Below are positions 16,294 to 22,618 of a stretch of DNA of 64,000 nucleotides, one piece after another. Position 1 is the first letter of the stretch. Every line of letters starts with the position of its first letter. Made by a program: the position numbers and the translations under genes. Where the stretch lies: sequence record OR525698.1, one strand, 5' to 3'. Under the pieces are notes generated by a model that searched no databases, was not told the origin of the DNA, and saw only the letters and a program-made list of their open reading frames with translations. This stretch comes from Escherichia phage vB-Eco-KMB43.

Positions 16294-16582
16294 GTTCTCG
16301 ATTCTCCATATTATGCAACATAACAAACTGTTGTGCGGCATATTCCCCCATAATAAAACACTGCTTAGAATCCATACATTTACTACGAGCATACATCTTC
16401 ATAATATGGGCATGAAATTTCTGGCTGGTTTCAATGGAAGGAGATATTTTGTTTACATATACTATCATTGCGCCGTCGAAATAATCAGTAAAGTCACCAG
16501 TTGGATCATATTGATCAGCACTGACACTTCCGACCGCAGTCAAGCATATTGCCGCTGTTAGAGTTTTACGAATAAATGACAT
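16280..16582 (-). CDS. small secreted protein (100 aa) with a signal peptide
   Basis: N-terminus MSFIRKTLTAAICLTAVGSVSA/DQ looks like a Sec signal. SD is GGGGGAATGACTT. A late-promoter motif lies upstream. Confidence 0.6.
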   Translation of the reverse strand: MSFIRKTLTAAICLTAVGSVSADQYDPTGDFTDYFDGAMIVYVNKISPSIETSQKFHAHIMKMYARSKCMDSKQCFIMGEYAAQQFVMLHNMENREHEIQ

Positions 16583-16591
16583 AAGTCATTC

Positions 16592-16631
16592 CCCCAGATT
16601 AAAAATATTCAGTTATATTTATAATCTGGGG
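16592..16631 (-). other. 10-bp-stem hairpin after tk that encloses a late-promoter motif
   Basis: Arms CCCCAGATTA / TAATCTGGGG with a 20-nt AT-rich loop. Confidence 0.55.
16616..16623 (-). promoter_or_regulatory. T4-type late promoter motif TATAAATA
   Basis: Exact TATAAATA on the minus strand, 34 nt upstream of ATG 16582. Lies inside hairpin 16592..16631. Confidence 0.55.
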
Positions 16632-16650
16632 CTTTATTTATGATTAACTC

Positions 16651-17247
16651 TTATTTGGTAGTACCGTCAATAAAATGTTTACGACACACAGAAACATATT
16701 TATCCTCTGCACCAACTTCTATTTGAGCACCATCGCGAATAACATTACCATCTTTATCTACGCGAAGGACCATAGTCGCTTTCTTGCCACAATGACAAAT
16801 ACCCTTCATTTCGACCAGTTTATCAGCAAATGCCATTAATGCCGTAGATCCTTCAAATAGATTGCCCTGAAAGTCAGTGCGAAGGCCATAGCACAGTACA
16901 GGGATATTAGCATCATCAACAAGCGCACACAAGCCTAAAACATGCTCTTTAGTCATAAATTGGGCTTCGTCTACAAAAACTGCATCTGGACGCCATCGAT
17001 CCGGTCTACGCTTACCTAACGATTCACGATAAACCAAGTCGAAAAGATCATCCGATTTAGTGAAGGTGATCGCTGGAGCACTTAGGCCAATTCGGGAAAC
17101 GACTTCACTTTCTGAATCTCGATTATCAATCGCTGGCTTAAGAATTAATACTCGCATATCACGTTCGGTATAGTTATAAGCACTTTGTAACAGAGAAGTT
17201 GATTTGCCAGCGTTCATAGATGCATAGTAGAAATATAATTGCGCCAT
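16651..17247 (-). CDS. tk: thymidine kinase
   Basis: MAQLYFYY..MNAGKST.LLQS.YNY P-loop and the C-terminal Zn motif (CHCG...VCRKH) closely match recalled E. coli/T4 Tdk. Confidence 0.95.
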   Translation of the reverse strand: MAQLYFYYASMNAGKSTSLLQSAYNYTERDMRVLILKPAIDNRDSESEVVSRIGLSAPAITFTKSDDLFDLVYRESLGKRRPDRWRPDAVFVDEAQFMTKEHVLGLCALVDDANIPVLCYGLRTDFQGNLFEGSTALMAFADKLVEMKGICHCGKKATMVLRVDKDGNVIRDGAQIEVGAEDKYVSVCRKHFIDGTTK

Positions 17248-17540
17248 TAATTAATCTCCAAAAATCCAACAAGGCCTAAACCGATATAAGTCCAGATACC
17301 AATGAAAAAGATGTTAATGCTCATGGCAAGGATAAACCCTTTCAGAGTTTTGGGATACCCGACCCAATATTCCCGACCATCTTCTAACCGGATCAACTTA
17401 TTGCCTTGCGAGTCCATATCAACTACAACATGTTTATTTCGAGATTGCAATAGATATTGTTTTACAATCTCTACACCCGCCATAATAACAATAACGAAAA
17501 TAAAAGTCCACACAACAAGATTAATGATAGTCTCAAGCAT
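17247..17540 (-). CDS. hypothetical membrane protein (97 aa)
   Basis: Two long hydrophobic segments at the N- and C-termini. Overlaps the tk start by 1 nt. Confidence 0.6.
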   Translation of the reverse strand: MLETIINLVVWTFIFVIVIMAGVEIVKQYLLQSRNKHVVVDMDSQGNKLIRLEDGREYWVGYPKTLKGFILAMSINIFFIGIWTYIGLGLVGFLEIN

Positions 17541-17751
17541 TTTCTATCACCTCCACCCAATCAGGTGTTTCCTGAAAGACTCCTTCACCTTCATGATGGT
17601 CGCAACCTTTATTGCTGCAATACATCCACCAATCCCACATTCCCCACGGTAAACGCTGCATATCGTCGTTACAGCAAGTGAAGATAATAGGCCAACCACA
17701 TCTAACACATCGGCAGTTTTCCTTCATGTGTGCGGTATTAGGCTTCTTCAT
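17533..17751 (-). CDS. small Cys-rich protein (72 aa)
   Basis: ATGA overlap at 17751 after GGAGTCATCT. Contains CRCVRCG...CCNDD...CSNKGCDHHEG. Confidence 0.55.
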   Translation of the reverse strand: MKKPNTAHMKENCRCVRCGWPIIFTCCNDDMQRLPWGMWDWWMYCSNKGCDHHEGEGVFQETPDWVEVIENA

Positions 17752-17942
17752 AGATGACTCCAATATAATCGACATTTACATTTAGGGCAATGCGGTTCTT
17801 TAATATAATACCCGTCTGTCTTTGGAACACTAACAGGAGCGGTTTTTATATTGTATTCAGTGAAACAACGAAAACAAGTTACGTTTTCTACAGACTGACG
17901 TTTCACCCAATCACCGGAATATAGATCATTTTTATTTGTCAT
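17748..17942 (-). CDS. small zinc-ribbon-like protein (64 aa)
   Basis: CFRC...CPKC pairs. ATG 17942 overlaps the end of the macro-domain gene. Confidence 0.55.
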   Translation of the reverse strand: MTNKNDLYSGDWVKRQSVENVTCFRCFTEYNIKTAPVSVPKTDGYYIKEPHCPKCKCRLYWSHL

Positions 17943-18387
17943 ATTCAACCACCACAATGTTAATGTCTGGAGTAGCAATATTAATGATCTCTTCTACACA
18001 TTCCCACTCAAGGCCACCGATACCGCAACCGATTTTAGGAATATAGAAAGGCTGTATAGCACCTTCAAAAACATCATTGATAGTCTCAAATCCTTTCAGG
18101 ATAGCACCATATTCAGCATTTGGACCCGGTCGGAATTGGGTATAGAGATTCACCCCGCACCAGTTATAACCATTAACTTGATGCGTCCAGACACTAAACC
18201 CACCCAGCTTTTCTACCTTACCGCGAGAAGTTTGCTTGTCAATCTCTAACGCTTGCGGGAACTCTTTCGCGATCTTTGCAGCAATACCAGCGCCCATAGT
18301 ATGAAAACAATTACAACCATGAATTAAATGACCGTTTCCTTGTTTAAACAGGGCGATGAGATCGCCCTTTACAGTATCAATAATCAT
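17932..18387 (-). CDS. macro-domain protein (Poa1p/Appr-1''-pase-like ADP-ribose binding or hydrolase fold)
   Basis: GDL...HGCNCFHTMGAGIA...IPKIGCGIGGL matches the H.CNC....G.GIA macro-domain signature. Confidence 0.75.
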   Translation of the reverse strand: MIIDTVKGDLIALFKQGNGHLIHGCNCFHTMGAGIAAKIAKEFPQALEIDKQTSRGKVEKLGGFSVWTHQVNGYNWCGVNLYTQFRPGPNAEYGAILKGFETINDVFEGAIQPFYIPKIGCGIGGLEWECVEEIINIATPDINIVVVEYDK

Positions 18388-18402
18388 AATATAAACCTCT
18401 CA

Positions 18403-18762
18403 TTAGTCACGGGAAGACAACCCAGCCATAAAACGGCTTAACAGTGTGTCGCGATAAGCAAAGCATAATTGCTTATCAGGGGCAGTATCACAAAGGTTGC
18501 GTTTTGTTTTAGCAAAGCTGGCAATACTCAGATCCCATGCTCGATTTTTTCGTTTTTCGTCTCGACCTTGTTTGTATGCTTCGTCGAGTTCAAGTGCGAT
18601 AAAATCACTACACATGTTATCATCATCACAGAAAGTTTTAATGATCTTTTTGTTGATCTCAAATCCTTTGTATTCGAACTTTGGATAAGGGCGCTCATTA
18701 CTAGCAAGCGCACCAGCCGAGAACATCATAGCAATCATAGCAATTATTGTCAACTTTTTCAT
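18403..18762 (-). CDS. secreted or periplasmic hypothetical protein (119 aa)
   Basis: Signal peptide MKKLTIIAMIAMMFSAGALA/SN. Four Cys in the mature part. Confidence 0.6.
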   Translation of the reverse strand: MKKLTIIAMIAMMFSAGALASNERPYPKFEYKGFEINKKIIKTFCDDDNMCSDFIALELDEAYKQGRDEKRKNRAWDLSIASFAKTKRNLCDTAPDKQLCFAYRDTLLSRFMAGLSSRD

Positions 18763-18769
18763 ATATTCC

Positions 18770-19360
18770 TCAATAGCGTTTAGTCTTAAGAATGCCTTTA
18801 CTCTTTAGATGGTTAGCCTTTTTTAGTACGTCATCAGCATAACCTAATCCGGCTTTATAGTTCCATCCAGCATTGTAAGAAGCTAGCGCGAGTCGGATAT
18901 TACCGTTTCGAACATCCAGCCAGTATGCTAACTCATCCATCGCGTAGAATGCAGAAACCTCGCGATTCATGATAAAGTTGATAGTCTGGCGATCACTCAT
19001 TTTAACACCGCGCTTTGCATTTTTCGCTTTCACCGTTTTAAGGTAATTTTGAAATAATCCATAAGCATGATGATTTTTCTTTGGTGCTAAGTTTGCACCC
19101 GCGCTTGATTCTTGCCATGCGATACCCGCCAGGATGTGACCTAAACCCTTTCCGTTATAGCGAATATTCGGATGGTCCTTTTTCAACTTACCGCTTTTCT
19201 CGAATTGCTCGCCGTATTGATAGGCGAAATGTAAATTATCTAGTTGGTGTGCTGTAAAGTTGTCTATCGGCGCTTTTTTGATCGGTGCGCTAGTCGATGC
19301 GTGTGTAGCACCAACGGCTAGTGACAGACTCAATACTATCGCTTTTAGAACTTTTAACAT
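18770..19360 (-). CDS. secreted lytic transglycosylase-like protein (SLT domain)
   Basis: Signal peptide, then GIAWQESSAG (the catalytic E-S motif of SLT) and ASYNAG. Occupies the T4 vs.1 position next to regB. Confidence 0.7.
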   Translation of the reverse strand: MLKVLKAIVLSLSLAVGATHASTSAPIKKAPIDNFTAHQLDNLHFAYQYGEQFEKSGKLKKDHPNIRYNGKGLGHILAGIAWQESSAGANLAPKKNHHAYGLFQNYLKTVKAKNAKRGVKMSDRQTINFIMNREVSAFYAMDELAYWLDVRNGNIRLALASYNAGWNYKAGLGYADDVLKKANHLKSKGILKTKRY

Positions 19361-19394
19361 TAATTTCTCCTGTTTGGCTTAACTTTCTGATTCC

Positions 19395-19423
19395 ATAATA
19401 TAGCCCTATCACCAGAAAGTCAA
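19395..19423 (-). promoter_or_regulatory. sigma70-type promoter (weaker match)
   Basis: TTGACT-17-TATTAT. Inverted repeat CTTTCTG/CAGAAAG flanks the -10. Lies upstream of the SLT-like gene. Confidence 0.55.
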
Positions 19424-19446
19424 GCATTATTTTTAACCAATTTCCA

Positions 19447-19869
19447 TTATTGGTCTACCTTCAAAACAACCGCCGACATTTTACCCGCCAGTCGTTTTGG
19501 ATTCTCTATAATCATTCGACAGCATAGACCGTGATACGGCTTGCCGTCTTCAATTAGGTCTACTGTCATCCCGATCCACATGTTACCGTCAGTAATTTCT
19601 AATCGATTAGGTCGGTCTTCCATTTTCAGGAAGTCGAAGATCTCCGGCAAACGAGTTTCTATCTTATTGAATAGTTCCATTGTCTTATGTTCATCGATAT
19701 GACGATCGGTTAGACGGTCGATCATATGCGGACTAAAGCGAATAAAAATATACTCACCATAACCATCATTCAAACACTTTTCTTTGATCTGCGCATTGGT
19801 TTTGCGCATTTCGGTTTCGAAGAATCTACGCAGCTTACTACGGCGAACATGTACGTTAATTGTTTCCAT
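19447..19869 (-). CDS. regB: RegB endoribonuclease (cleaves GGAG in early mRNA)
   Basis: METINVHVRRSKLRRFFE...NRLEITDGNMW...CRMIIENPKRLAGK aligns with recalled T4 RegB (FIRRNKLRRHFE...GRLEITDGNLW...CRMAIINSRRLPGK). Start moved to ATG 19869. Confidence 0.75.
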   Translation of the reverse strand: METINVHVRRSKLRRFFETEMRKTNAQIKEKCLNDGYGEYIFIRFSPHMIDRLTDRHIDEHKTMELFNKIETRLPEIFDFLKMEDRPNRLEITDGNMWIGMTVDLIEDGKPYHGLCCRMIIENPKRLAGKMSAVVLKVDQ

Positions 19870-19873
19870 TTTA

Positions 19874-20209
19874 TTATCCTTTCTTAAACAAATTGCGAAT
19901 CCAGTATACAAACGGGATTTCTTTAAACTTGAACTTGTCAATAGTTAATTCTTTAGTAGCAAGATGAATACCATAAGCATCATGTGTAACTATATGCCAT
20001 TTTCTATAGTCCAAATGTGAACAACCGTCTGGATCTAGGTTAATAAGAGTTTCTCTCTCACTAGGATTATTTTTCCACAATTTTGTAATAGGATCGCACA
20101 TAATTCGACCTAGCGTACCATGAATAATCTCACAACGGTAAAGTTTTCCAGCAGTGAGATAGGCGCACCCGTCATAGTCGGTATAAACAAACACTTCTTT
20201 AACACTCAT
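19874..20209 (-). CDS. hypothetical protein, member of a 3-gene paralog set (111 aa)
   Basis: The track ORF reads through the promoter. ATG 20209 follows AAAGGAGTATTAAA. Contains LTAGKLY...DPDGCSHLDYRKWHIV. Confidence 0.6.
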   Translation of the reverse strand: MSVKEVFVYTDYDGCAYLTAGKLYRCEIIHGTLGRIMCDPITKLWKNNPSERETLINLDPDGCSHLDYRKWHIVTHDAYGIHLATKELTIDKFKFKEIPFVYWIRNLFKKG

Positions 20210-20240
20210 TTTAATACTCCTTTGTTGTTTCGATGGGGGT

Positions 20241-20269
20241 ATATTACTACCCCCGATCATGTGTGTCAA
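20241..20269 (-). promoter_or_regulatory. sigma70-type early promoter cassette
   Basis: TTGACA-17-TAATAT. Inverted repeat GGGGGTA/TACCCCC flanks the -10. Confidence 0.75.
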
Positions 20270-20515
20270 CTACTTTTTCAAGATTTTTTTGATTGCATTC
20301 CAAAGACCTTTATTTCCAGGTTGTTTTGGTTCTTCGATCAGTGTCCATGTTCGACCGTCTAAGTGTGCACAATTTTTAAGACAAATAAAAATCTGGTGTC
20401 CCTTATCATCACGGATATAACCACTATTCGCAAATCTTTCATGTGGTGTATATTCATACAGTGTATTAGGTGTAATATACTTGCGGTTACTATAAGGTGT
20501 CATCACATACATCAT
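20270..20515 (-). CDS. hypothetical protein, paralog set (81 aa)
   Basis: ITPNTLYEYTP...GYIRDDKGHQI...NCAHLDGRTWTLI. ATGA overlap at 20515. Confidence 0.6.
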   Translation of the reverse strand: MMYVMTPYSNRKYITPNTLYEYTPHERFANSGYIRDDKGHQIFICLKNCAHLDGRTWTLIEEPKQPGNKGLWNAIKKILKK

Positions 20516-20706
20516 GGTACTAACTCCCAATTATCACCGCGAAGATGAGAACATCCACCATCAAGAAGGATCGTAATACGATAACCTATATCATCTTTGA
20601 TGTAACCGATTGTCGGTGGATTTTCGTAGTCTCGTGTCGGGGTAAAATCATACATCTTTCCTGGCGTAATATCTTGTCCTTTATTGCTATTGGTATAAAC
20701 TTTCAT
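20512..20706 (-). CDS. hypothetical protein, paralog set (64 aa)
   Basis: ITPGKMYDFTP...GYIKDDIGYRI...GGCSHLRGDNWELV. Confidence 0.6.
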   Translation of the reverse strand: MKVYTNSNKGQDITPGKMYDFTPTRDYENPPTIGYIKDDIGYRITILLDGGCSHLRGDNWELVP

Positions 20707-20727
20707 TTTCTTAATCTCCTATATTAA

Positions 20728-21426
20728 CTAACCACGGGTATAGTGTTCCAGAACAACTGTCAGATGAATATATTCTAATAAATCTTTCCAAAAGTCAACA
20801 TCTGGTTCTTCCGGCATACCGTTTTTCTTTGCCTCTTCACGAGCGAGTTTAACACGCTCGTAGAGATCTTTCAATTCTTCCCGCACATTATCAAAGGTTC
20901 TTTCTCCTAACTTACACGCTAAAATAGAAGAACGTCGCGCGAGCGGGAATTGTAGATCACCTGTCTGATAGATTTCAAGTAGCTGATAACCAACACGCAG
21001 AGCATGAGAAAGATCTTTCCAGTTACTGAAATACTTTTCAGATTTGGCTACCTGCTTTTTGAGATAGCCAGACAAACCCCACATACCAACATGATAGAAT
21101 TTATCTCGATGTGTTCGGATGTATTCCCATTCTCTGGAGGATTCAATCAACATGTTACTAGGAGCGTGCACCATGTCAATAGCGCCGATATCGCCTTTAC
21201 ATGCCAGATTGATAAACCGTTTTAGACTGAACATATTAACATCAATATCGTCTTTGGTGTTCTTGATACCTTGACCGCTAGTGCTTTGGTCATAGTGTTC
21301 TTTCATCGATCCTAAGATAATTTCTTTCGCAGTCGGAACAAAGATACCACGATAATCTTTATCGGAATTTTCAGTATCAAGGCCGTATAAGTGAGATCCG
21401 AAGACCATTTTAACCATTGTATGCAT
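20728..21426 (-). CDS. predicted nucleotidyltransferase (pol-beta superfamily, RlaP/PF10127-like)
   Basis: The N-terminal FGSHLYGLDTENSDKDYRGIF matches the GS.LYG...SD.D..G signature of this family. Assigned from memory. Confidence 0.65.
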   Translation of the reverse strand: MHTMVKMVFGSHLYGLDTENSDKDYRGIFVPTAKEIILGSMKEHYDQSTSGQGIKNTKDDIDVNMFSLKRFINLACKGDIGAIDMVHAPSNMLIESSREWEYIRTHRDKFYHVGMWGLSGYLKKQVAKSEKYFSNWKDLSHALRVGYQLLEIYQTGDLQFPLARRSSILACKLGERTFDNVREELKDLYERVKLAREEAKKNGMPEEPDVDFWKDLLEYIHLTVVLEHYTRG

Positions 21427-21470
21427 AATTAAACCCTCAGTTGATTAAGAGATTGCATCATATCATCATA

Positions 21471-21503
21471 AAACGAAAAAGCCAACCCTTTTCGGATTGG
21501 CTT
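21471..21503 (-). terminator. intrinsic terminator after the grcA-like gene
   Basis: GCCAATCC-GAAAA-GGGTTGGC followed by TTTTTCGTTTT. Unlike the other copies, it is not followed by a TTGACA promoter. Confidence 0.8.
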
Positions 21504-21512
21504 GATGAAAAA

Positions 21513-21929
21513 TTAGAGAGATTCGGTAAAGGTACGAGCGATAACATCACGTTGCTGGTCTGGAGTCAGACTATTGAAGCGCACTGCGTAACCAGAAACG
21601 CGAATTGTAAGCTGCGGGTACTTCTCAGGATGTTCAACAGCGTCCAGCAACATTTCTCGTAACAATACGTTAACATTCAAATGCTGACCACCTTCGACAA
21701 CCGGAGCACCATTATCTACAATCACCGGACGGAAGCTAGTTGTGTGCAGTGCCAGCGAATCGACGTCTTCTGCGGTGATCACATGGTCTTCTGCGAAAGT
21801 TTTACTAACAATTACTTTAGCGCCGATCAGTGCTTTCGGTTCGGATACCAGAATCATAGGCGCGAAGTGTCCACCAATAATAGTACCTTTATGTTCACCT
21901 TTCATGATTTGAATTGCTTTAAATTCCAT
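21513..21929 (-). CDS. grcA: autonomous glycyl-radical cofactor (GrcA/YfiD-like, T4 Y06I-type)
   Basis: The C-terminal ~60 aa ([12 protein letters not shown]...[35 protein letters not shown]) are almost identical to E. coli GrcA as I recall it. The N-terminal half has diverged. Confidence 0.9.
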   Translation of the reverse strand: MEFKAIQIMKGEHKGTIIGGHFAPMILVSEPKALIGAKVIVSKTFAEDHVITAEDVDSLALHTTSFRPVIVDNGAPVVEGGQHLNVNVLLREMLLDAVEHPEKYPQLTIRVSGYAVRFNSLTPDQQRDVIARTFTESL

Positions 21930-21939
21930 AATTCACCTC

Positions 21940-22065
21940 TTATAGATCAGGACGTTCGTCATTAATTTTACCAACCAAAACACCATAGAGTTTATCAGGT
22001 TGGACTTTACGATTCTTATTGATTTTAGCACGGAATCGACGAGCTACGCTATCTTTATTTTTCAT
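21940..22065 (-). CDS. small basic peptide (41 aa), not in the ORF track
   Basis: ATG 22065 overlaps the upstream TAA (TAATG). Sequence MKNKDSVARRFRAKINKNRKVQPDKLYGVLVGKINDERPDL. Its stop is followed by AAGAGGTGAATT and the grcA-like ATG. Confidence 0.4.
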   Translation of the reverse strand: MKNKDSVARRFRAKINKNRKVQPDKLYGVLVGKINDERPDL

Positions 22066-22556
22066 TAGTTGATACCTAAGCCAATGAAAATAGGTTGGTC
22101 TTCTACATTACCCATCCCAACACTAAGTCGATTTACTTCTAAAAACTGCAATACGCTGTCAGTAAATCCGCGCATGGTAGTATCTAGGATAAAAATTGTT
22201 TTGTCAAGACTACGACCTCGCCATGTGATCGGATTCAGGAAAGTTCGGATCGACGTACAATCTACATTTGAAATATTTACATTTTCACCGCGACCGCGAT
22301 CTCGGATCGTTTTGGCATGTCCCCGCGTCGTTGAAACGATAAAGACACTATAGCCTTTTCTCGTATAATGGTCATATAACTTGATTGTAGCGTCTGTATG
22401 CCCTGTCTGACGGCCTAAATTGATTGAGACAATGGAATCTAGGTCATCAGCAAAATTGCGTCGCTTACGGCGTTCTATGATGCAATTTACGGCAGAAATA
22501 CACGCAGCATAAATCAAATCTTTACTTTCTAATTCTAAATCAATGTCAATATTCAT
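22065..22556 (-). CDS. hypothetical protein (163 aa), possible degenerate P-loop fold
   Basis: NLGRQTGHT (Walker-A-like but lacking Lys) and TIFILD (Walker-B-like). Weak and unverified. Confidence 0.6.
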   Translation of the reverse strand: MNIDIDLELESKDLIYAACISAVNCIIERRKRRNFADDLDSIVSINLGRQTGHTDATIKLYDHYTRKGYSVFIVSTTRGHAKTIRDRGRGENVNISNVDCTSIRTFLNPITWRGRSLDKTIFILDTTMRGFTDSVLQFLEVNRLSVGMGNVEDQPIFIGLGIN

Positions 22557-22618
22557 GGTAAAGTCTCCAGTGAACGGGGAGAGATCCTTAGATTGTCTCC
22601 CCGTTGATGGTTAATATT

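Noticed and set aside
19418-19432. MotA-box-like AATGCTTGA overlapping the -35 of the promoter upstream of the SLT-like gene, which would suggest a T4 middle promoter.
   Set aside because: It is a single occurrence and the TGCTT is part of a TTGACT -35. I saw no motA or asiA gene in this window, and I recall that RB49-type phages lack the MotA middle mode. Evidence is insufficient.
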